64,000 nucleotides of DNA from Verrucomicrobiia bacterium (GTDB taxonomy: Bacteria; Verrucomicrobiota; Verrucomicrobiia; Limisphaerales; UBA1319), in assembly GCA_963664225.1 (NCBI GenBank), contig OY760937.1:1248001-1312000 (forward strand). The letters are read 5' to 3'. The notes below the pieces were generated by a model, which had not been told where the DNA came from, made no database searches, and saw nothing but the letters and a program-made list of their open reading frames with translations. The translations under genes and the position numbers were made by a program. Shown in pieces: positions 55,740 to 64,000 of the stretch; position 1 is the first letter of the stretch, and each line of letters opens with the position of its first letter.

Positions 55740-57060
55740 GTGAGGATTGCCCACGCAATCTTTGACGTCGTTGTGATCGGCGCTGGCACCCGGAAAACCT
55801 GGCTCACCACCAGGCTAAGGGGACGGTCTTACCAACCGTCATGTCAGTGTCCCGTAGAGCGTGGTGCCACGAGAGTGGCCCGCCACGTTCGAGGGAGGCT
55901 TTCGGAAGTAATCCCGCCTTATCAGCGGAGTAATCTCCGGATTCTATCCCATAACGAGATGGTGCTCGTGAATGCGGGCGAGCGGGACACGCCGGTTGCT
56001 GAAATGCAGCCGGTCGGTCCTGTCCAAAATGGGTGCGTCGTGCCCAGGGGCACGGCATATCCCTCGGCGGGAATCGGACCAAAGCCGCAAGGCCAATCGG
56101 GTGCAAGGCTCGACAGGTTCGTTTAACGCGCGCTGGCGTCGGGAGCTTCCCGGTGGCAACACCGAGGAACCGGAGGCCGACAACCTCCGGGGTTCTGCCA
56201 AAACAGCAGACCGTGAAAAGCTCAACGATGAGAGGGGCGTCAAGCCCTTGCCAGTAAACGATAGCAGAGACGGAGCCGAATCGGCGAAGTTCAACCAGGG
56301 TGGGTAAGGGGGCGCTTCTGTATTCTATCCCCTGAAATCAGTCCCGCAGTGGGACTGGAAACCATGCCGGGGCGGGAGCCTCGGACATGCCTGGTGAGCG
56401 TGGACGCTTGCGCGTCCAGCCAACGTGACTGCTGTGGTGAAGGACAGGAATAACCGCGCAAGGAGTGTGGCGGCCGGAGTGGTATCCGGTGCCGGCGTGT
56501 CAGCCGGTGCTTCAATAGCCGCACTCTGATGAGAGTGCCCCAAGTAGGACCAGGCGGAGCCTGGACCCAATCGCCTTCGGCTTTCGAGCCGAAGGCAGGG
56601 TGTCACTCCAGCAAGGCAGTTGGAGTGGCGGGTGCGCGTCAACGGGTGGTGCCGGGCGCAACAGCACACACGAAAGGGGTGACGGGATAAATCGGTCACA
56701 ACGATGTGGTGGGCAGGTGGAATCAAACTCCACCTGCCCGCTGCCTAACCGACAAAGATTTGCGTTCCGCATATCGTTCCTGGGGACAGGCCACGATGCA
56801 TGGAAGGCAGCCTTATACATTGGAGAAACAGCCATGAGTGGGTGAACGAAGAGGATTTAAGCAGCCGCTACCGCCATGGATGGGCAACTGCAACATTGGA
56901 ATGCAGCGCGCGCGCCGTGATGGCCGAAGAACCTGCGCTTTGCGTGGACCAGAGGTTCTGAGACGGGCTTGCGGGGGGCGCGTTATTCGAGCGAGTGACA
57001 GGCTGCAAGAAGGTTACGGCTTTCGGGAGGTTGCGCCGCATAAGCAACCTTCCACCCTTT
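55740..57060 (+). ncRNA. large highly structured non-coding RNA candidate (group II intron-like or MISL-like); boundaries approximate
   Basis: No credible ORF; more than 15 hairpins, several with GNRA/TTCG tetraloops; long-range 14-bp helix 55767-55780 with 56692-56705 using G-U pairs on the + strand. Confidence 0.75.
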
Positions 57061-57090
57061 AGACGCCATAACACCGTTTGGAGGTGTGGT

Positions 57091-57720
57091 ATGGCATATC
57101 GGTGTGTGGCGGTTTCCGTGGCCGGATTCGTCCAGCAACTGGCCGTGGCTTACGTGGCTAACGGCTATTGGTTTTACGTGATGGGCCGGGTGCCGGATCC
57201 CAAAGATCCGGTCAGCGTGGATCGCAAGATGGTGACGCAATACGGGATCGATGTCTCGAAGTGGACGCGGGCGCGCTGCAAGAAAACGGGTCAGGCGCGC
57301 GTGCAGTATCTTCGATACGGCCGGTTCTTTGTGATTCTCGCGACCCACGGAGAGCACCCGTTCTTCGCCGTGGAGGGCAAGCAGGTTCGGGATTTCCGGC
57401 GGCATCCGCTCCACTTCATGGGCTACGCGATCAGTTGCCGCCAGGGACGCGATGGCAAGACCTGGCACCCATCGGTCCGCATCGATCGCGGGTTGTGCCT
57501 CGAATTGAAGGCCCGCTTTGCTGCGCTCGCCGTGCATCGGCCGCTTGAAGAGTTGTGCCGTGAACTCAGGCGGATTGATTTTGAGCCCTATGCGCCCGTC
57601 CGCGATCAACTCCGCGGCATCCTGCGGGCCGTGAACCGCCGCCGCAAAGCCGCTGGCCTGGAACTGGTGCCATGGGAAGCGCTCTGGCTGCGGCGAATGC
57701 CGGTCAAGCCATTCGGATAA
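57091..57720 (+). CDS. basic conserved hypothetical protein of PVC-type mobile elements
   Basis: GGAGGT RBS; GFVQQLAVAY..GYWFYV..KDP..D.K..YGID.SKW.RAR..VQYLRY..FFVILATHG; Arg-rich. Confidence 0.8.
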   Translation: MAYRCVAVSVAGFVQQLAVAYVANGYWFYVMGRVPDPKDPVSVDRKMVTQYGIDVSKWTRARCKKTGQARVQYLRYGRFFVILATHGEHPFFAVEGKQVRDFRRHPLHFMGYAISCRQGRDGKTWHPSVRIDRGLCLELKARFAALAVHRPLEELCRELRRIDFEPYAPVRDQLRGILRAVNRRRKAAGLELVPWEALWLRRMPVKPFG

Positions 57721-57726
57721 TCTGTG

Positions 57727-58347
57727 CTACTGAAGGTAGCCCAATTCGCGTAAGGATAGGAAATCCTTGGGCCGTTCGGTGGTGGCCTGGCCCAGGATGA
57801 TATGGTCCAGAACCTCGATTTTGAGCAATTGGCCCGCTCGGACTAGCTCGCAGGTGACTTTGATGTCAGCCGCACTGGGGGTGGGGTCGCCGCTGGGATG
57901 ATTATGCGCGAGAATAATGGCCGCCGCCCGATGGGCTATGGCTGTGCCAAAAACTTCGCGCGGATGGACCAGAATGGTGTCCAAGGTGCCCTGGGAGATG
58001 GTTTGCACCGCAATCAGGCGCCGACGGGAGTTCACCAGGATCGTCTGGAAAACCTCAACGGTGTAAAGCCGGTTTCGCTCACGCAACAGGTCCGCCACAC
58101 GTTCCGGGGCGTCCAGCATGGGCGGCTCGATAATGGTCTCGTGGCTGAGGCGCTGGGCGAGAAGGAAGGCCGATTTGATGGCGGCAGCGCGTGATTTGCC
58201 TACGCCTTTGATTTGTTGGAGTTCGTTGAGCGAGACCTGCGCCAGCTTGGTCAGCCCTCCGTATTCTTCCATCAGCATTGTCGCGGCCGATTTGCCGGCC
58301 AGCGTGGAAAGCAGGTCAACATTGCTGGCGTGTTCGAAATGCTCCAT
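57727..58347 (-). CDS. radC: RadC-family JAB protein with HhH domain
   Basis: ELQQIKGVGKSRA HhH; GTLDTILVHPREVF, AHNHPSGDPTPS..D, LDHIILG; start ATG 58347. Confidence 0.9.
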   Translation of the reverse strand: MEHFEHASNVDLLSTLAGKSAATMLMEEYGGLTKLAQVSLNELQQIKGVGKSRAAAIKSAFLLAQRLSHETIIEPPMLDAPERVADLLRERNRLYTVEVFQTILVNSRRRLIAVQTISQGTLDTILVHPREVFGTAIAHRAAAIILAHNHPSGDPTPSAADIKVTCELVRAGQLLKIEVLDHIILGQATTERPKDFLSLRELGYLQ

Positions 58348-58773
58348 GGCTTGATCCCTCCCTTCGATGGGACGAATCTTACCACTGTTTGAATCCTTAA
58401 GGAACAATTTGGAGGCCGTGTTCTATTGCAATGACCGTGCCATGGATTGGCCGGATACGACGTGTTACATGTTACACCGAAGTGGAGGTCCGAAGACCGG
58501 CGGCATCGGGGCGACGAGGCCCGGGCGCACGCCCCTTGGATCGCGGGCCTCGCAGCCGAGCGGAGCGAGGGGCACCTTGGGCCGCCGCAGTTGAGGGCCG
58601 GAACTATGCCTGGATAGGCTTGAATTGGCATCTCACTTCACACGGTAGATTATGAACTGCTCTGGCAATATTCGTGAGCCTATCGTCGGCAAGCTCGCCG
58701 TACAATCAGTTCGGGTTCCACTGACAACGCGTGGGCAATACCTATCCTTTGGCGCTGGCCGCAACTTCAAATT

Positions 58774-59028
58774 ATGGGAACACTGAACGGATTGTTTTTA
58801 AGGGTTCATTTCGCTTGCACTATCGCCGTCATCATCTACGTTTTGAGACTCTTGAAGCGGTTTGTGGGTGCTCATGAGCGAGTTGCGAGCGCTCTTGAGA
58901 GCGAATCTCGTATGATGCGAGAGAATAGTAAGCCATGGAAGTATTATTTTGCCAAGCCAAGCAGATGCTCAGAACCCTGCCATGACGACGCTGTTCCAAT
59001 GGAGGCTTCACTGGCGCGGGGTATGTGA
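58774..59028 (+). CDS. small membrane hypothetical protein (cassette-like)
   Basis: One TM helix followed by FVGAHERVASALE; reads into an attC-like hairpin. Confidence 0.4.
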   Translation: MGTLNGLFLRVHFACTIAVIIYVLRLLKRFVGAHERVASALESESRMMRENSKPWKYYFAKPSRCSEPCHDDAVPMEASLARGM

Positions 59029-59043
59029 TCTGCGACGTTAGGC
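58951..59043 (+). other. degenerate attC-like recombination site
   Basis: Hairpin GCAGATGCTCA..ACCCTGCCA / TGGCGCGGGGT..TGTGATCTGC ending in GTTAGGC (R' box); R'' box degenerate (GCCAAGC). Confidence 0.45.
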
Positions 59044-59234
59044 GTCGTTACCATGAGGCCATCTTAGATGCGTTCGCCCTGTTGAGCGAGGCGGAATTAC
59101 AATTGATTTAATCCAAAAACCTGATTGCTTTTGCTGAATGAATAACCGGAAAGCCCAATGGGCATTCTGTCACAGCCCGACATTTTGTGGAAGCAGCAGG
59201 CCGCTGCCGAAGAGGAATATGGATTGCAGCAGAT

Positions 59235-60128
59235 TCATTTCTCATGTGCCTTAAGCGCCTCGAATCCTGAAATCACGTCAAAAAGTTCCTCGTCAATGCC
59301 GCTCTGGCGCAAACGGTGGAACGTACCGTGAAGATGTTCCATCAAGTCATCAATATTTTTATCGGCGCGCTGCATCGCCGCCAGGCGGCTCGCGTTCTCG
59401 CTCGCGAGGGATTCGGCGCACGCCCTGAACAGCGAGATGAACAGATACTCGCGAATGAGAGCGCGCAACGTCGCTGTGCCTCCACCCATGACTTCAGGCA
59501 AGGTCTTTGTCGGCCATGGAACTTTGGCCAGACTCTGAGCCCACGCCCCATCGAGCGGCAGCAATCGTTGGCTAACCGGTTCATAGAGCGCCCCGGATTG
59601 CGGGCGGTTGTGAAAGACGTAAAGCTGCGCATACTCACCTTCCGCCCGGTGCGCTTCGCTTTCAATTTGAATCTCTCCAACGAGCGGAGTAATGGCCCGG
59701 ACGGAATTCGGGATGGCGAACAATCCTATAGGCGGCAAGCCCGCATCCGTCAGCCGCGCGTGAACACGCTCACCGACGGCCCAGACATGGGGTTTGCCAG
59801 GTAGAGCGGCCAGAGTCTTAACCGCAAAATCGGCCACCACATCGTTGAACTGGCCGACCAGTCCTTGATCTGAACCAAACACAACTGCGCCAATCGCACC
59901 GGCATCGGTTTGTCCTCTCCGTTCCACCAGTAAAGTCGCAGGTTCGTTTTCCCGAAAACACGCGCCCAACCCCAACTGCACGGTTCGATAGTAGTCGCCT
60001 AACGCGTGCACAGATTTCTCGTATTGACCGATGCTCGAAGCAGCCAGTGCTTTCATCGTGCGGACGACGGATTGGAGATCCCCAGCACTGCTTATTTTCC
60101 GGCGCAAACTCGCTGTGGTGTCGCTCAT
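59235..60128 (-). CDS. atpG: N-type F1Fo ATPase gamma subunit
   Basis: [40 protein letters not shown]. Confidence 0.95.
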   Translation of the reverse strand: MSDTTASLRRKISSAGDLQSVVRTMKALAASSIGQYEKSVHALGDYYRTVQLGLGACFRENEPATLLVERRGQTDAGAIGAVVFGSDQGLVGQFNDVVADFAVKTLAALPGKPHVWAVGERVHARLTDAGLPPIGLFAIPNSVRAITPLVGEIQIESEAHRAEGEYAQLYVFHNRPQSGALYEPVSQRLLPLDGAWAQSLAKVPWPTKTLPEVMGGGTATLRALIREYLFISLFRACAESLASENASRLAAMQRADKNIDDLMEHLHGTFHRLRQSGIDEELFDVISGFEALKAHEK

Positions 60129-61918
60129 GGTTTGACCTTGGCCTCCGGTTCAGTGACAGGCTCGGGCTTCGTTGGACCATCCGGCTTGGACTCGGTTTCA
60201 GTTTTCAGTTTCGGCTTAGCGTCCGGTTTGGTTTCTGTTATGGCATCCGACTTAGACTCGCTATCGGGCTTGGATTCTGCCTCCGGTGTGGACTTGTTCG
60301 ATTTGGATTCTGGCTTTTTCCCGTCCTTTGCTTCAGGTTCGGGTTTCTTTACGGTCTTTTGGTCAGGCTCGTCGGGCTTGGCTTCCGGTTTGGGCAGGAA
60401 AACTACCAGCGCTTGGCGGGCGATTTCGATAATTGTTTTGCGATCCTCATCGCTCAACTTGTCGGCGGTTTCAAATCGCGCGCTCACCTCGGCCGGGATT
60501 TTAGCCGCCGCCTCTTGCACTGCATGCCCGGCGTCCTTCATTTGGTCCAGCGGCACTGGGTCGAAAAGATTCGCAGTTAAAGCCAGCAGGATGGCGATTT
60601 GTGCGGGCACGGCCACCGGGGAGAACTCCGGCTGCTTGAGGCAGGCGCGGATTCGGCGGCCATGTTCGATGATTTTGCGCGTGTCGTCATCCAGCCGAGC
60701 GCCGAATCTGGAAAAGGTTTCAAGCTCCTCAAACTGTGCATAGGCGAGCTTTAGGTCGCCCGCCACGGCGCGATAGGCCGCTCGTTGCGCTTTGCCACCC
60801 ACACGCGAAACGGATTTTGCAACATCCACCGCTGGTAACACGCCCAGCTCGAACAGCGACGGCGAGAGATAAATCTGCCCGTCGGTGATGGAAATGAGGT
60901 TTGTCGGGATGTAGGCGGAAATATTCTGCGCCTCGGTCTCGATGATGGGGAGGGCAGTGAGCGAGCCGCCGCCGTGTTCCTTGCGCAGATGGGTCGCCCG
61001 TTCCAACAGCCGCGAGTGGATGTAGAAAATGTCGCCGGGAAAGGCTTCACGTCCAGGCGGTCGGCGTAGCAAAAGGGAAAGCTCGCGATAGGCGCGAGCG
61101 TGGTGAGTGAGGTCATCATAAACGATCAGCACATCGCGACCCGCTTCCATGAAATGTTCAGCGATGCTGGTCGCGGCGTATGGAGCTATGTAAGCAAGTC
61201 CGGGTGGATCGTTGCCCTCGGTCACGACGACGACGGTGTAATCCATCGCGCCTTTTTCGCGGAGGTTGGCCACAACCTTGGCGACGGCGGACGCGCGCTG
61301 ACCGATGGCACAATAGACGCACACGACATTCCGGTCGCGTTGGTTGAGAATGGTGTCGAGGGCGATCGCCGTCTTGCCTGTTCGACGGTCACCGAGGATC
61401 AATTCGCGCTGGCCGTGTCCGATGGGAATAAGTGCGTCAATGACTTTGAGGCCGGTCTGAAGCGGCACGGTGACCGGCGCGCGATCCATGATGGCTGCGG
61501 CGGGGCGTTCGATGGGCAGGCGCTCACTGGTTGCCACCGGTCCATTGGCATCGAGCGGCCGGCCAAGTGGGTCAATGACGCGCCCCAGCAATCCTTCGCC
61601 CACGGCCACGTCCATGACCCGGCCCGTGCGCTCGACCTCATCGCCAGCGTGCAGATGTGAGTATTCGCCGAGCAGCACAACACCGATTTCATCCTCATCA
61701 ACGTTGAACGCGATGCCAAACGCGCCGCCGGGGAATTCCACCAACTCCTCGAAGCCCACGCTGGGAAGGCCGGAAACCCGCGCGATGGCCGTGGAAACAC
61801 TCATGATCGTGCCGATTTCGCGCGGCTTAAGTTGTTGGGTATAGGCTTCGCGCCCCTGACTGATTCCGGCGAAGGTGCGGTCGAATACACTCTGCAAATT
61901 CTCAGGCGAAGTGTTCAT
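60125..61918 (-). CDS. atpA: N-type F1Fo ATPase alpha subunit with Lys/Pro/Glu-rich tail
   Basis: [46 protein letters not shown]. Confidence 0.96.
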   Translation of the reverse strand: MNTSPENLQSVFDRTFAGISQGREAYTQQLKPREIGTIMSVSTAIARVSGLPSVGFEELVEFPGGAFGIAFNVDEDEIGVVLLGEYSHLHAGDEVERTGRVMDVAVGEGLLGRVIDPLGRPLDANGPVATSERLPIERPAAAIMDRAPVTVPLQTGLKVIDALIPIGHGQRELILGDRRTGKTAIALDTILNQRDRNVVCVYCAIGQRASAVAKVVANLREKGAMDYTVVVVTEGNDPPGLAYIAPYAATSIAEHFMEAGRDVLIVYDDLTHHARAYRELSLLLRRPPGREAFPGDIFYIHSRLLERATHLRKEHGGGSLTALPIIETEAQNISAYIPTNLISITDGQIYLSPSLFELGVLPAVDVAKSVSRVGGKAQRAAYRAVAGDLKLAYAQFEELETFSRFGARLDDDTRKIIEHGRRIRACLKQPEFSPVAVPAQIAILLALTANLFDPVPLDQMKDAGHAVQEAAAKIPAEVSARFETADKLSDEDRKTIIEIARQALVVFLPKPEAKPDEPDQKTVKKPEPEAKDGKKPESKSNKSTPEAESKPDSESKSDAITETKPDAKPKLKTETESKPDGPTKPEPVTEPEAKVKP

Positions 61919-62832
61919 TGGCTCTTTTTCGCGAGCATAGGTTCTTCCGGTTTAGTTTCGACCTCGGCTTCAGTTTTCGGTTCGCCTTTGGCTTCGGGCT
62001 TAGTTTCGACTTTAACTGCGGATTTAGTTTCGGGTTTGGCTTCAGGTTTAGGCTCGGCTTTGGGTTGTGGCTTGTCCTTCTCTTTCAGAAGTTCACCGAT
62101 GCCTTTTTCCAGCGACGCGAGGTAATCTGCGATGCTCCAACCGACTTTTTGCCCATTAATGGTGAGTTCAATCCCACTGACCAGGTCGGGCGCGGTTTCA
62201 AACCGAAGGGGAATGTCAGCCGAGAAAGTTTCGTTGAGTGCATTCTGTATCGTCGCGCGTTGGTCGGCGGCCAGTCCAAACGCACTGCGCACGAGAACAG
62301 GCACCGACGCGGTCCTGATGGCCTCGGCGAGGCTGACTTTCGCCTTGCCGTCCATCTCGCGCAAACGACGCGTGAACACTTCGCCCATCCGCTCTTCCAA
62401 ACTCGTCGTAGCGAGATCCGCCAGCGCCTTTCGCGCGATGGCAAACACTTCCTGCTGCGTCCGGCGACTGATGGCTTGATTCAGGTTGCGAGCGTCGTTG
62501 GTCAGCGATTCCTGTCGCTTCGCACTCAAGGCGTCAGCAGCCTTGCGCGCTTCGTCAAGCAATCGCTGACGTTCGGCTTTCGCCTCGTCCGTCGCCTTGG
62601 TCAAAAGTGCGGCGCGCTGCTGGTCGAACTCCTCGTTCTTATGCTGGAACTCGTCACGATCCTTTTGAGCTTCGGCCTTTTTTGCATCGGCGTCCGCAAG
62701 TTCTTTTGCGATCCGCTTCTCACGCGCGTCAATCGCGTGGAGGATGGGCTTGTAAAGAAAGCGCTTCATCAGCCACACCAGGATAAGGAAGTTGAGCGCC
62801 TGCGCACCAACGGTGAACCAGTCAATCAACAT
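61915..62832 (-). CDS. atpF: N-type ATPase b/delta fusion subunit with PKPE-type tail
   Basis: [30 protein letters not shown], coiled coil, delta-like LVSGIEL..GWS. Confidence 0.93.
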   Translation of the reverse strand: MLIDWFTVGAQALNFLILVWLMKRFLYKPILHAIDAREKRIAKELADADAKKAEAQKDRDEFQHKNEEFDQQRAALLTKATDEAKAERQRLLDEARKAADALSAKRQESLTNDARNLNQAISRRTQQEVFAIARKALADLATTSLEERMGEVFTRRLREMDGKAKVSLAEAIRTASVPVLVRSAFGLAADQRATIQNALNETFSADIPLRFETAPDLVSGIELTINGQKVGWSIADYLASLEKGIGELLKEKDKPQPKAEPKPEAKPETKSAVKVETKPEAKGEPKTEAEVETKPEEPMLAKKSQ

Positions 62833-62836
62833 AGGA

Positions 62837-63127
62837 TTACTTTCCTACCGCCTGGGTTGCCCCGGAGATGACGTGATTCCAGAACGGGTTGGCGAAGATG
62901 AGGATCATCGAGACCACGAAGCAATAGATTGCCGTGGACTCGATCATCGCCAGACCGACGAACAAGGTTCGGGTTATCGTTGCGGAGGCGTCGGGCTGCT
63001 GCGCCAGTGCGGTAAGCGCCGTCGCGACCGCCTTCCCTTCGCCCAGTGCAGGCATCATACACCCCAGGCTGGTCGTAATTCCAGCCGTGACGATTGAGGC
63101 AACGCCAATGAGAGTCATGCTATCCAT
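62837..63127 (-). CDS. atpE: N-type ATPase c subunit
   Basis: PALGEG..AQQPD..LFVGLAMIESTAIY. Confidence 0.95.
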   Translation of the reverse strand: MDSMTLIGVASIVTAGITTSLGCMMPALGEGKAVATALTALAQQPDASATITRTLFVGLAMIESTAIYCFVVSMILIFANPFWNHVISGATQAVGK

Positions 63128-63157
63128 AAAATGTCCTTTGGTTAGTTCTTTATTGTT

Positions 63158-63853
63158 TCAAGTTTTGGGCGCTGGCTCCGGCCTGGCCTTGCGCGTGCGC
63201 GTGGCGGCTGCGATGTAAACCGCCGCCAGAATGCTGAAAATATATGCCTGCACCATGCCAGTGAGCAGGCCGAGTAACGTCATGATGATCGGAAAGACGA
63301 ACGGCGTGATGGTCAGCAGAATCGCGATGATCATTGCCCCGCTCATCATGTTTCCGAACAGCCGGACCGCTAGCGCGAGTGTGCGCGAAAGCTCGCTGAT
63401 GATATTAAAGGGCAGCATTATAAACGTCGGCTTCACATAGGACTTGAGGTAGCCGCCCAATCCCTGTTCCTCGATGCCGAAAAGCGGCACGGCCACAAAC
63501 ACGCACAGCGCGAGGGCCGCCGTGGTTGAGAGCGAGCTGGTCGGCGGCTCATAGCCTGGGATGATCGTGCAAAGGGCGGCCAGGGCGACGAACAAAAAGA
63601 GCGTGCCTAGAAAACCAATATATTTTTCGGGATGAGGGAGGCCAACTTCTTCGATTTGTTTCTGGATGCCGGTGACGACGATTTCCAAAAGGTTCTGCCA
63701 GCGGGAACGTTTCAGACCTGTGGAAAGTTGGCGCGTGATGAGTTTCGAGCCAACCACCAGAACGAGCATCAGACCCCATGTGAATACAATCGTGCCATTG
63801 AGTTTGAGGAACCCATGTTGCCAGAAAATCATCTGGTCGGGACTAAGGCGCAT
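63158..63853 (-). CDS. atpB: Fo subunit a
   Basis: PPTSSL, NIISELSRTLALAVRLFGNM, VQAYIFSIL. Confidence 0.95.
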   Translation of the reverse strand: MRLSPDQMIFWQHGFLKLNGTIVFTWGLMLVLVVGSKLITRQLSTGLKRSRWQNLLEIVVTGIQKQIEEVGLPHPEKYIGFLGTLFLFVALAALCTIIPGYEPPTSSLSTTAALALCVFVAVPLFGIEEQGLGGYLKSYVKPTFIMLPFNIISELSRTLALAVRLFGNMMSGAMIIAILLTITPFVFPIIMTLLGLLTGMVQAYIFSILAAVYIAAATRTRKARPEPAPKT

Positions 63854-64000
63854 GGCGGGCCTCCTTTGCCGGAGAGTTGGAGCGTTCGAACGACGCGCTG
63901 GTGAATCGCATCACGAGGAAGCGTGCGATGACAAATCCGATGAGACACAGCAGCAGCCGCTCCCAATGCTCGCGCCCGATAAGATAAAATCCGGCCAGGA
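63843..64000 (-). CDS. atpR: N-ATPase membrane subunit AtpR, 5' truncated by the window edge
   Basis: ..LAGFYLIGREHWERLLLCLIGFVIARFLV..HAP*; overlaps the atpB start at its canonical position in the N-ATPase operon. Confidence 0.75.
   Translation of the reverse strand, partial: LAGFYLIGREHWERLLLCLIGFVIARFLVMRFTSASFERSNSPAKEARHAP

Larger units (their letters stand above)
13287..58700. mobile_element. tRNA-Leu-integrated integrative/mobilizable plasmid-like element (right boundary not determined)
   Basis: Integrase directly after the tRNA; relaxase, coupling protein, RepA + iterons, ParA, ArdC, 2x RadC, DarB-like gene and defence cargo; no duplicated tRNA 3' end seen. Confidence 0.8.

Noticed and set aside
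56820..57060. Canonical group II intron domain V
   Set aside because: AGCCATGA could pair with TTACGGCT only around a ~175-nt insert; no standard 34-nt domain V and no RT gene, so a normal intron call is not supported
55740..57074. Short ORFs on both strands in the structured region
   Set aside because: Mutually overlapping, no recognisable motifs or clear RBS, and composition typical of GC-rich non-coding frames
57700..59230. attR copy of the tRNA-Leu 3' end
   Set aside because: No match to CCGACCACCGGCACCA seen by eye, so the right boundary is left open

Overview
Bacterial chromosomal window of roughly 58-60% GC by eye. Protein styles suggest Verrucomicrobiota/PVC, which is an inference. 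Left arm (1-13.2 kb): an intact IS66 element with terminal inverted repeats and an 8-bp target duplication, two secreted modular proteins (one with a GH71/99-like domain), a membrane-anchored ECF sigma factor and a low-GC ParA-ATPase + SIR2 gene pair. A tRNA-Leu(TAA) at 13199-13286 is followed by a tyrosine integrase that opens a >45-kb integrative, mobilizable, plasmid-like element. The element carries a DarB-like methylase/helicase and a tightly packed ~20-kb minus-strand defence operon: HTH, YprA/DUF1998 helicase, SNF2 helicase, adenine MTase, SMC-like ABC ATPase, amber-interrupted PD-(D/E)XK nuclease, RsAgo-like long-B Argonaute, DpnII-like nuclease and an unknown gene. It also carries ArdC/RadC genes, a MOB-F relaxase with coupling protein, and RepA with iterons and ParA. 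A ~1.3-kb ORF-less, densely base-paired region (55.7-57.06 kb) looks like a large structured RNA. The window ends in an N-type (alternative) F1Fo ATPase operon. Top candidates for new biology are the large structured RNA with its flanking genes, the Argonaute/SMC module wired into a DISARM/ARMADA-like operon, the ParA-SIR2 pair and a shared C-terminal DxGHSH tail on the relaxase and a small protein.
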